A stretch of 63,711 nt of DNA, the filler included, from Lenisia limosa (lineage: Eukaryota; Protista; Breviatea): assembly GCA_001655205.1 (NCBI GenBank). It is 14 parts of 14 records of this genome, joined end to end, with 100 filler letters (N's around TTAATTAATTAA, not from the genome) between each part and the next. Parts side by side here need not be neighbours in the genome. Positions count along the whole stretch, not along the records: positions 1 to 21,651 come from LPNZ01004583.1; 13 more parts are not named here. One strand, written 5' to 3'. Made by a program: the position numbers and the translations under genes. The notes beneath the pieces are model-generated. The model had not been told where the DNA came from and did no database searches. It saw only the letters and a program-made list of their open reading frames with translations. Shown piece after piece: positions 1 through 12,200 of the stretch (positions are counted from its first letter, which is position 1; each line of letters starts with the position of its first letter).

Positions 1-3000
1 GCACTGTTATTCAGAACATACGGTTGTTTTTCGCAAAAATTGGTGGGTCTAAGCCAGTTCTCTCCAAAGAAGGTTAAATTACAAAAAAATTGGTGAATAT
101 TCTAGAGAATTATCGTTCTCGTGTACAAAAACAAAATACCTGGGGTTAAATATACATTATCATGAAATATCGTGACTTGTGTCAGATAAGCAGATACCTT
201 TTGTTAATACACTGTTGATAAACGCTGCGTCTAAAACACGAACACCTTGTTCTAAAGAATGAATAAATCTACGACACTCTTTAGTACAATAAGACGGTCA
301 CCCCAAAATCAATAACTACTTACGTTTAACATCCTGAATCAAAGTCTCATGTGACGATTTACTAATTGAACAGACAAAAAGGTGGGTCATTTGAAGTCCC
401 TAAATTAAATTAGGTTTTGTTGCATTCATGAACTCCAACATTTATAATGATATAAAATTGAATACTTGGGCTTACAGGGTTATTCAGTCCCACAACTGTT
501 GCTCCTCCCTACATAAATTACAAATATTGCTTAAAGCAAAGCCACATACCGCTTTCAAAATTTTGATGTAACTTTGTGCTTTCTTCTCGACAAGTAAAGC
601 CACAATCCATCCGTTAAATATTAGCGGTCGCTGTTTGTACATTCTTCTTGCAATATCCTATGATTGTAAGATAATACAAGCAACACTAGCTAAGATTTCT
701 GTTTTTCAAGAATTAATCTTCTCACATTCGGAAAATGATCCTCGACAGTAACTTGTGACGGCCCTTGTGCATTTAAAGCGTCAATAAAGCTCTGGGGGTT
801 CATAAAGGTTCACAAAAAGCTTGGTATCCATTTGTATTCGCAACCAACCGTTGAAACAACAGGTAAACCCATTGCTAATGCAACAAGTAACTTCTCCGTC
901 CATAATTCTCTATTCGCCACAACCACAAGAAAAGAACAGTCAGGGTCAATGGCGTTGGAGGCAATGTGCCTAATGGAGTGCTTCGCACAACCTACATATA
1001 ATACAATTAGATAGCATAAGAATAGAATATAATACATTAAAATACGTATGTAAGGGGGGAGCAGTATAAAATGAATAGTTTTTGAGATTTCTGTGATCAT
1101 CTGGATCGAAGTGTCCTGACGTGGTGATAAGCCTCTTAATATGTATAAGTATTCTAAGACAATCCAACAGACACCGACTAAAGATCTACAAAATCTCGCT
1201 GGAGCTTTGATCATTCTAAGGATCAACATGTTTTGTTTTTCTCTCTCTATCGCCTGGGCTCTTTGATCTTAAAATGGTTATCAGGGATCAATAAATGAAA
1301 CTTGTATAATTTCCAAGTTGGATGGGTTCTCTCTATCTTCATCTCTCCATTTCTTTATTTGTTTAACAACAGCTTTACGGTGATCTGATGCGGTATAAAA
1401 TTTCCTTAAAATCTTCATTAAGCAGACTCCAGCTCTAATTGCAATTAATTTCTTGGAAAAAAATTTTTTTTCACTGAGTTCTAGAACTGATCCTAATCTT
1501 AATGATTTCAGAAAAAGTTGAGTGAAAATGATATTTCAATGTATCAGATGATCCTTAATCAGGTATGTTGAAAAAATGGTGGGAAAATCAAAATGGTAGC
1601 ACAAATCTTTTAAAAGAAACCCACCACCCCCCCAATTACCACTCCCTCATATGAGCCCCCTCACAACCACCATTATAAACCTCCCCACCCAGGCTGCCCA
1701 GTCGAAGTAGATAATCCTGAAGTTCCCACAGTCATAAACTCTTTACTAACCCACTCTTCACTTGGATTCATGATTATCAAAACATAATAACGCTCACTGT
1801 TGATGGCATTCGTCTTTTCAGCTGTATTTAATCCGCTACATTGGAACGAGTTGTACTTTTCAGCTATTTTATGTTAGTGTTGTATTATAAAAAAGAGATT
1901 TTTGGAATCATCGCAAACTACCTTCACCACTTACATTGACTATAGAACTCTATCCTGCTTGGTCCTAAATGATAAGAAGCGTTCACTAAAGGGGTATAAT
2001 TCCCATCATAAGAAATAAAAAATGAATTGTTGCATATTTCAGCGTACCGGATTGAGTGCATTGAGAAATCAATGATGGAATCTAGAAGATGAAATCCAAC
2101 AATTTTACATGATTTGATAGAAAATTTAAATCCAAGACCTCACCAATTCTTTCTTGGGGACAAACGGGTGCATTGGCGTCTTCTTCTTTGCCTAAAAAAT
2201 GTTAAAGACCACACAGAAAGGTAAAATAAGAAAGATACTCAAAAAAATGAATAGGCTTACTGTTTTCTTGACACTTTCAATAATACTGGATACTAGATCA
2301 GACTTGGCTTTCATTGGTGTTGTAAATTGCTGGGGAGAAATATTAATGAACAAAAAGAATAGATACAGCGAGAACTAAAAGGTATCCTTGTCAGTTATCT
2401 GATAATATACTGAAAAAAGAAGCCACGGGTGTCATTTAAATCTTTAGATAACATTATCCCAACTTCATCTTGAAGGGAGCCAAGACTATCTGGAGATACT
2501 GGTCGTGGCTACCAAGATTAGTACAAAAAATGTGAAATATAGGGAAGAGAGTATTCTAAAGCAAGTAATATATTGGGTTCTACAAACCAAAAATGAGACT
2601 GTGTCGTCAATTGGCGTCAACCGCGCCGCAACTGGTTTAACTAATGGGGATCTAATATTGTCTTCACTAACAAGACATGCTCGTTGTTCCTAGAAAAGTT
2701 CAGCAAAATAGAAATATATCTATAAAGCGGGCCAAAAGCAGATATTTTGTGCGTCATTTGTTTAGTGGTCAAAGGAACACCAGATGGACTTTTGTTGGTT
2801 TATGAACTAATAATACTTCAAAGCTCCTTTTGCTTTTGGCCGCTTTAAACACCATCTAATAATAATAAAAAATATGTATGCAAACACACTGTATTATTGT
2901 TTAAAAACCAATATTTTACATGCTTTTAGATTGACCAATATAGAACGCCTGATAACATTAAGTTCCTTATTTGGCACAAAATGTTTCATGTTTACGTTAG

Positions 3001-6000
3001 CCTTATGTTGTGGTAGCCTCAAAAAAGGTTGAGTGAGAAGTGTCAAGATACCTCTGGACTGATAGGCGGGGTTCGATCTTCGTTAATTGGGCGGAATGAC
3101 TGAACTAAAGAGAAAGTAATAGTGCAAGATTTATGCCACAGTTTACTTTCTTCTATTACCGACTATTATCAATTAAAATCTGATTCAAATTGAACTACAC
3201 CAGAACTCACTTTTAGGAGCTTTAACAATTGGGTTGTCATTCATTTTCCTTGCACGTTTCGAACTTGAAAGGGGTTGATCCTAAAAATTGATCAATGTTT
3301 TCAAAATGAGCTATGCACATAGCATATTCAATATATTTGCTTGATAGGAGCCATTACTTACAGTCAAATTGGGCACTTGTGGGAACGCATGCGAATAATT
3401 ATTTGATGCCTACATTATTACTCAATTGTGCGATATCTGTTTAACTGTGAAGCTGTTTATATGAAACACTGAAATAAGTAGGTACTAGGATTCCACTCCG
3501 CCCTAAAAACACAAAATAACGATATTTATAATATATCACACCGTTCATAATAATATGTGTTAAACTAAATGTGTTTTTTTTAAAAAAAAAAAGGGTGCTC
3601 AAAAACCGGTTTAAAGTCATTTTTAAACTAGTCAGCGACTGTATATTTGTGTTCATCCCTAGAAAAACAACTTCGTGGTCGTGGAAGAGGACGCAGAGGA
3701 GCCATCTAAATAGTCCGTTTCAGGATACAACTCTTGTGTGTAGTCTTTCTTGTATAATTTCTCCTAAGCAATCACCAAGTTGGTTTAAACATGTATACAT
3801 CTTGCAACTTGTGTATTTGTTAAAGAAAAACTAGGTTTACTTATTCATTTAGGGACTCCAAACACTTTTTTTACAACTCTCAAAAAAAAACACATTTAGT
3901 TATAAAAAAAATATCTATGAACGGTGTGATATGAAATAGTATATCATATAGCTGTCGGAAATGATAGCAAATTAAACAGTCTCACAGTGGTAGAATTGAA
4001 AGAGAAGAACTGTTGTCCCACTTCTGCCAACAAAGCAGCCTTCTAAAAAAATAAAACAGTTTCCACTAAAAGTTTACGTTTATACATATACAGTGTTATT
4101 AAGATAAGAAATTAAACAAAAAAAACAGAGATAGAAAAAGAGAGTTGAAAGGTATGGTATTGTATATTTCTCAAATTTTCTTCCTGCCACAGTGTTCTTA
4201 ACAATAATAAATAATTTGAAAAAAAGAGAATCCAATCACATACGTCTTCTCCACTGTTGATCCGGTCTTGTATACGCGTAGACTCTTTGACCAGTTTCCG
4301 TGCTTCCTTCTCAACTGTTTCAGCCGAATGTGATTCTCTTTTGATTTTGGCCTTCAAGAGTCATTCGAATAAAAAAAATACCATTTTGGTTTTAGGCTTC
4401 ACTTTTGAGAGAAGAACAGACGAAAGAGAACCTGAACGCACAATGGACGATCTTCTGTAGTTTGACTTCAGGTTAGAGACAAACTAGAGCGATAAGGAAC
4501 AAGGAAAATGACATATTTAGAGTCAACCAGAAAAAAAAAACCCCAAAACACCTTGTTTGCTACGTTTGGTTGAGCAGTTGTAATATCCTGAGATGGTAAA
4601 AGTTCAAACATAACACATTTTTGGAACAACACCCTCCACATACTCTTAACAATAAACATCAACAAACAATCCAACTAGAGCGAAAAAAAAAGAAGTTCAA
4701 ATTGGATAGTATTATCTCACTTGTATTTTATTCAGACAAGTGACGTTGAAGAGGGTCGGTCGACTCGGTGTTCTAAAAAGTGAGAGACCTACACTTCGAA
4801 TTGACAATGAGAAAATTCATTGGACTAACGTTGGCAGCTTTGGTTGAGGAGAGTACAATTTTGTGTCAACAAACAGACCACTTCGAACACACTAAAAAAG
4901 TTAAGGATGATTTCAAATTAGGAAGCAAGTTTTGAACCGAAAAATAAAATCTTTCGGTGTGATAATACTTTCAGATACATACAATAACCCAGAATCTCCC
5001 AGAACTGAAGATGGGTACAACTTCAACCAGATATGATCTGTATGACTTTGTTCTACATATGAAGAACATAGCATAATAACAATACTTCCCAAAAAGTACA
5101 ACACATCAACCAACTTCAAAAATCCAATCGGGGGAGACAACTTCAATGTTATTTTTTCGAGCAAATTGTACCTGGTAACAGTCAAAGAAAAACAATTGAA
5201 AATAAACGATTGTAAAATAGAGGAACCGCAATAAAAAACGTAAATTGTACTACGGGTGCGATTACTTGTTATCATTTGTGAAAAAAAAAAAAAGCAGCTA
5301 AAATTAATTTTTTAAGAAATTTATCAATCGTGGACTTAACATTTCCACTTAATTTTATTAAAATAAAAAAATCAATAGAGCCCTAATTAACACTCTTACC
5401 TTATCCGAGTCTACCTCCGAGGTGATGAGGTGTGTTGTGTGATTGACAGTGAGGGCTGACTCATGTCGGATATTTAAATAGTCGAGACAGTCATGAACAG
5501 CATACGTAATTGCTTGGGATGCCAATTTACTGAGAAGTGGTCGTATCTTGTGACCTAAAGCTGAAAGAAGGGTAAGTAGAGACAATAACAGAACCTACTT
5601 ATTGGAAGAGTATCAGCTAATGGTCTCCAAACTGGGCATATGGAAATGTCGGGTTTGAAGAGGAGGTTCAACATTGTTTCAAGAAGAGCTTTCGTCACAC
5701 ACAACGAACGGTCTCCTAGAGCATTTCCTACCTAATCGATCAGAACATTTGATGACACTGATTAAAATGTAACATTTTGATAATGACACAGCAATTTTTT
5801 ATTAAAAAAATTACATTATCCCACTTGTTCAGCAAAAGGACCAGATGTGAAAGGCCTCCGTAAGGTTTCTGGGTACTCTGCAAGGCCATGCCTCGAGAGA
5901 ACAACAACTTCCCATGGGACTCCACTGGGCAGGTTAGTCTCTTAAAAACTTGTGACAATAACTACCGAACAGCATTGAATGCTTTTCAATCTTGAACAAC

Positions 6001-8629
6001 ACCTACTTACATATTGTGTATAAAATCCCACGTCTTACTTGTCAGTTGTGGCACTCGGAGGACACTTTTTGGAAACCACTGCCCCATACTTCTCAAGCTG
6101 GTTCTTCAAAGACTAATCGTGGTAAAACAGGGCAATCATGGTCCAAAAAAAATAACCCTATATATATATATATATCCCTCCTTACAACAGTGCTTTCGAA
6201 GGCAGGGTGCAGAACTATCCAGTAGTCTTTGAAAACTTGTTCGGGATCAACCGGTTTTTTTGGAGCTAACATGTAAGAACAAACTTGCTATGGATAATTG
6301 TAAATATTATATACTGAATATTTATGAAACGAACCTTCATATAGCTGGCGAGAAGGAGGTCTACTGATCACTTTTTTGACTTCAAAATCACTGACTGCTA
6401 CCAAATCTAGGAAATATAAGGTAGGGAGGGGAGGGGGGGAGTGAAATAAATTGGAACTCCAGTTCAGCCCCTTTAATCTAAATTTAGTCAATAAATTTCC
6501 CAAAATTCTAATTGCACGTAGTCTGAAACACATCAAATGCTATTTATTATGGGGTCAGATGTACAAAATAATTGATATCCATTTACCACACTCACAGTTT
6601 TGTTTGACACACTCATAGATCCACTTTGGCTGAACAATTGTAATATTACAAGAAAGGGCCCATTCATATTTCGCTCCTTTAGGCTCCTATTGGGTGATAA
6701 ATGAAATAAACGACACATACCCTCCATGCTACAACCCCCCCCCCTTCCCACAGTTGTAATGAGATGTGTCACATGGCTTGTCTTATACACTTTAGAGATA
6801 AAAACCCCACCACTGTTGATAATAGCCTTTTCAAGAGACTTCCGTTGCTCTAAGTTGAATAAGGAATGCTACTAAGCCCACTAAAAAAACAAATTGGGAA
6901 AACACCACTAACCTTTGTCTATCTTTTCACCAGTCACAACGGCGAATAATCCTGAAAAGACCTTCAATTGATGGTCCTCAACACTTGGAAATTTCTGAGG
7001 GAATAAATATTCAAAATCGGAAAAATAAATATAACAGCAAGAAAAGTGAACTATAATTCGAATTCTGGGGGGGGGGGGGNNNNNNNNNNNNNNNNNNNNN
7101 NNNNNNNNNNNNNNNNNNNNNNNNNNNNNNNNNNNNNNNNNNNNNNNNNNNNNNNNNNNNNNNNNNNNNNNNNNNNNNNNAGGGCAACACTGTATCCAAA
7201 CGCATCAACTGTGCTTCCTGCATAAAAATTAGTTACATTCGGAATACCCTCAGCTGGTCACTTAAGGATGCGGATATATATACTAGAGTATGGGGAGTTA
7301 GTTGTTTGGTCTGCTGTACCACAACAGTATGTTAGAGTCTCGCTGATGGACTGTTACTTTCACCTCCTTTCTCTTTTTACTTTTTTGAAAAACTAACCAC
7401 TGGAACGTAGCATGCCTCTGGAATGATTATAAAACAACAAATACGATCAAATATAAGGGTTATTAAATGGTTTTGAGCCTCAAGTTCAATGATGCATTAT
7501 ATTTCAGCCCCAGACATCTGGCCAAGACCATAATATTGAAAAGTTCATCAGAAGGAACCAGTGAGACAAGAGTTAAACACTAACATGGCTCAGTCTTGGA
7601 TTGGTCAAAGAAAACTCGGTACTGAGATTGCTTTTTTTCTTCTTTTTTTCTAACTTTGACGATAGAGGGTGTTTTCCCTTCTGCCGCGATAGAAACGCCA
7701 GTTGAAAAAATTGTTGGTTCCAGTATATCATATATGATAGTATATAATAGTTCCTCCTCGGGTCACAACCAATTAGTCAATGAAAAGCCCCAGAAAATTT
7801 GATAATATCCCTTATATCTGAGTAGCAATAAAGCCTCACCTGAAACTTTGGAACAAATCGACTTGAACAAACTAGGATTTGTGTTTTGTCGTTGCACTAG
7901 TAAAGATAACAATATAACGCAAAATAAACATTGCGGGTTTAAGATAACCAAAAAAAAGACCACCTTACCTCTAATTTGGGAATAACAGTTCCACCTAATG
8001 CCAAAATCATGTTAGAAAAAGAATTCTGAACGGTTACAGGAGAAGCATGCTCTATTCTTCGTGTCTCATCTATAAACAGTCCAACCTTTGACTTTGAATC
8101 TGGTCCAGAAATACATATCTTTTTGCCAAATAGACAGAGCGAAAGCAATGGACAGTTTGGCGAAGGGATAACATGGAGCAAGTCTCTTGTAAGCGCTTCT
8201 TCAAGAGCTGAAACATCTTCAATAGTTAACAAAAGATTAGATATGTAGGTAGGTCTGTAAGAGAGCTCTTACAAGGCGTACCAATAACTCGAAATTTTGA
8301 CTTTGTCAAACTGGCCAGTTCACCGGATGAGTGCTATTGAGGTAAGAACATATAGTATACTCTAATATACAAGTGTAAGTATAAGTAGATCATGAACAAA
8401 GATGGTGATCGATGATTAACTTCATACCTCAATCGAGTCGCCTTCGACTTGGATAACGTAAATAGCATCTTTATCACCGAAGCCTGCCAGCTCGCAATTA
8501 GCTGACACAATGCATTCGCGAAGAGAATTAGCGTTATGAAGTCCTTTTGAAACCACAAATGATGGGCATGACTTCATTTTTTTCCTCTTTTGCTTTCACA
8601 GACACAACAAGATCATCCTGAAATGGCAT
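1..8629 (-). CDS. TOPBP1: TOPBP1/Rad4/Cut5-like multi-BRCT DNA replication/checkpoint protein (multi-exon, 3' end runs off the window)
   Basis: ATG at 8629 (MPFQDDLVVSVKAKEEKMKSCPSF...). Spliced BRCT signatures: LFGKKICISGPDSKSK/NSFSNMILALGGTVIPKLE (~8150-7960); FSGLFAVVTGEKIDKEQRKSLEKAIINSGGVFISKVYKTSHVTHLITT (~7000-6760); TVNHTTHLITSEVDSDK (~5450-5400). C-terminal pair TEKLLVALAMGLPVVST...SFIDALNAQGPSQVTVEDHFPN...IARRMYKQRPLIFNGWIVALLVEKKAQSYIKILKA|GGATVV (~950-480) resembles TOPBP1 BRCT7/8. Exon linkage between ~3300 and 3950 is unresolved, so two genes cannot be excluded. Confidence 0.72.
1040..1229 (-). repeat. ~185-bp dispersed repeat in a TOPBP1 intron; second copy at 24739-24920 (+)
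   Basis: Reverse complement TGATCCTTAGAATGATCAAAGCTCCAG...TCTCAAAAACTATTCATTTTATACTGCTCC aligns by eye with 24739 TGATCCTTAGGATGATCAAAGCTCCAG...TCTCAAAAACTAGTTCACTTTATATTGCTCC along its full length. Confidence 0.8.
3536..3929. mobile_element. ~394-bp non-coding TIR element (MITE-like) flanked by TA
   Basis: TA|TCACACCGTTCATA ... TATGAACGGTGTGA|TA: a perfect 14-bp TIR, extending imperfectly (AACTAAATGTGTTTTTTTT vs AAAAAAAAACACATTTAGTT) to about 55 bp. No ORF of note inside. Confidence 0.7.
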
Positions 8630-9206
8630 CAATATTGGTTGAACTCAAAAAAAAACAACCAATAAAACCCCATATTTCTTTTATTACAGTTTAGTTAATA
8701 ATTTCCAACCTTTCTGTGGCTCTTCGCATGGTTTCAATATGTACACTAAGAAAGAGTGAAGGAATGTATAACTTGCTTTGCTTTCTCTTTGCCTGCGCCG
8801 ATTCTTCTTTGCTTGTAAAGTAGAGTAGTTAGCGTGGTAAAATAGCCGGCAGGAGCCGTGGGAAGCGGCATCAGAAAACAAACGCAGTTATCCTGGTCCA
8901 AATTGGTTGGCACATTATCCTCAGATATCCCTCTCTCCTTAACTATTTCTTCAATTATTATATTTTTATTATAACATTCATTAATAACAACAACCGAGTG
9001 GCGTTCTCTCCTCTCTCCCCGGCTTAGTGCCAAGGACAAGGAAAGGAGTATAGTTATCGACTCCTCCAAGCTCCCGCGTGTCCCACTTCCCTTTTTCTTG
9101 CGGTCTGTGCTACACTTAAGTTTAATAATAATTTTTATATCTCTCCCAATCCTGTTGCTTTTGACATTATGTGTAGATTATTATTTTATTACTTTTAGTC
9201 TACATT
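8630..9206. promoter_or_regulatory. Probable bidirectional promoter region between head-to-head TOPBP1 and WDR27
   Basis: 577 bp between divergent start codons (8629 minus, 9207 plus). No specific motif assigned. Confidence 0.4.
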
Positions 9207-12200
9207 ATGTGGGAGCCAACGTCGCATTTTGACTTCCCAGCACATAACCCTGCATGCATTGCCCAATGTAATAAGTATTAGGGTCTTTTCTGTTTAATTG
9301 GCATGACTTTAATTGTACCATGACTTTTTTGCCCGTAATCTCTGTATATACATCCTTATTTTTTATTTCTCATTGCTATATACAATACGCTAGCCATACT
9401 CCCCCTGTATTTATGCTGATGTTCCAGGTACATCTGCCTCCCCAAAGGGAGCAGTATTGAAGTTTATGATGCACAAGACGAAAACCCACTTTTTGTCCTT
9501 AATGGTGGACATATCAATAATATCACTTCTGTGGGTTGCTTGTCTAATTCAGCGGATATATTAAAACAATCATTCTTTAGATTGAATTCGCAGTCGATGA
9601 ATCATTCTTAATATCTGCGTCAAGTGAAGCTCTTGTGATTTGGAGGCTTGAAGAAGATGGTCATATGGAGAGGTTTGATGCTTCACAAATAGCCGGCTTC
9701 TTTTCTTTTACCTGTTGAATGAATGTCTCAACTGTACATTTAATACCAGATTTGACAAACCAGAAGTATTCCCACCACATCTACTGTCATTGCCCAAGGA
9801 GGCTCACATAAGTACCAGTCCCCAGTAAGTTAATGTTAACCTGAATCTGAATACACTGTGGTTTCTAATATTTCACATAATATATTTCAATAGCTCGCGT
9901 GTAACTCTTTTAGATTGACTCTCTCTCCATTTCTTCGGATAATCAATTGGTGGCAGCTTCTTCTGCAAACGAGATTATTGTCTACAGCATAGAAATGGAG
10001 GAGGCAACTGCAATTCTTGGGGTTTGTTTTTATTTAAAATTTTGCCTCTTTTACCAGTCAGGGTCACGAGGGGCGTATCACATGTTCACTGTTTGTTCCT
10101 CCTCACCTCATCGCAAAAGACCTTCCTTCCCCTCTTCTTATCACAGCTGGTACAGATAGAACTTTTAAAGTTTGTGTGGAGGGAGTCAGGAACATCGCAC
10201 CAATATATTGCAATATTCTTATACTGGTAGATAAATTGAGTTCCATTAATGAGTTGTGTTTGCAAGTTTGTTCATGAACTCCCGCTTCCAATAATCCATT
10301 TCTCCTTCACTCACATTGAGGCATGGGCCGCAGGAGTTAACCCTCGCTGTGTATACCAGTCCAGTATTCTGTCGGCCAGTCGGTTCACTGCAATTGCAGT
10401 TGACTCCCAAGGACCTCGGTTTTGCATTGGGTCGGAAGATGGAAAAGTAGGCAGATTTTTTATTTAGATATAACCATTTAGGTTTGGTTTTTCAGTCTAT
10501 CTGCGCAATTTAGACAGTTGTCTGTTTTGGACCTATCAGTGACAGCTATCAGAGCCCCACTTCAGCCTCAGATTCCCTATAAGTGAGTTGAATCAAAGGG
10601 GATTTTTGTTTTCCATCTGACAGTAATATAGATCAAAAGGTCCTGTTATTGTCTCATCCCGCCCGGGGTCAACTGCAATTGAATCTCAAAAACATATTGT
10701 TGAAGAAGAAACATGTGATTCGGCTGAAATGAGCTCTGAAGTTCTCACTGTTTGTTCTGCTATCTTCTTCATTCATTGAAAAAAAATTTTGTTGTTGTTG
10801 TTATCAAATTGAAAGAATTCAACTCATAATACAGTTGTTCTACGCACCTCTAATATCTGCTGCTCATAAAGGATCTGTGAGTGCTGTCCTTGCCCAAAGC
10901 TGCAATCTCATTGTCGGTCTGCCTTCAGCAATTGTCGTTGTCAGCTCAACTGCTTTCGAACAGCTGGTTCGATATGACTTTCAAACTGGACTTACTATAT
11001 CCTCCACTCATGGCGTTAGCAGCCATATTATCCCTGCTCTCTCTGGCTTGGCATGTGTCTCTTTTACTGCCCAAGAAGGCAACTATGATGATTGGGTTAT
11101 AAGAGGCTGTATGTCGTCGTTGTTCGGTCGGAATCTTCATGTTCTTGACATGGAGTTTATTGGCCACGAAGATAGTCCTCTGACGTCGCCAGGAAGCCCA
11201 TCTCTAGCCCCAAAGAAATCAATTGGACCTATTATCGTGAATAGTTTGCGGAAAATGAATGTTACTCTTTGTTTGGCCCGACACCATGCATTGTGTTCAC
11301 AATCCAGGTGATGTACCCTTTTCGCAATGTGTAAATCCAGATGCATTTGAGTCTGATGAAGATGATGATTGGCAAATATCACGTCCGAGCCCTTCTTTAG
11401 GTTGGAGGGTAGTGTGGCATATGACATCAACTGTGATATGCTTTTGACCACCTCAGTAAACACTGAAATTAATGTCTGGCAAAATGAACCCCCTGCTGTT
11501 GGCAGTTTCATGGCATCGGCATCGTTCAAGCCGAAGTCATCTGTTAGTGGAAATATCCCGTGTCCNNNNNNNNNNNNNNNNNNNNNNNNNNNNNNNNNNN
11601 NNNNNNNNNNNNNNNNNNNNNNNNNNNNNNNNNNNNNNACCCAATAGCAGGTACAACCTACTTGTAGATCTCTAAGTCGCCTAAGTAAGTGTGGATGTCT
11701 TTTAATATCAGTTATATTTTTGATCCATTTTGTCCACCAACAATTTTTAGCTAAAGGCTCAAGAACTGTCGGAAGAGGGGGCTTAGATCAACCCATTACA
11801 TACCGTGGCCCAGTAAAATCATCAGGATATGGCTCAGAAAAACCTAGAGTAGGTTGGGATAATGGGGACCAAACTCTATTTCCACAAAATTAATAAATAC
11901 GANNNNNNNNNNNNNNNNNNNNNNNNNNNNNNNNNNNNNNNNNNNNNNNNNNNNNNNNNNNNNNNNNNNNNNNNNNNNNNNNNNNNNNNNNNNNNNNNNN
12001 NNNNNNNNNNNNNNNNNNNNNNNNNNNNNNNNNNNNNNNNNNNNNNNNNNNNNNNNTCTCTTGATTTTTGAGAATCATCCAATTTTGACCTGATTGTTGG
12101 ACATATCAAATAAAAACAAAAGGCAAATGCGGAAATACAATGAGATATACACACTATTTTGTACATGGAAGTACAATAATTTACAAGACAAAAAACAAAT

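Noticed and set aside
3050-3090. tRNA-like GGTTCGAT T-loop
   Set aside because: No convincing T-stem, acceptor stem or D/anticodon arms.
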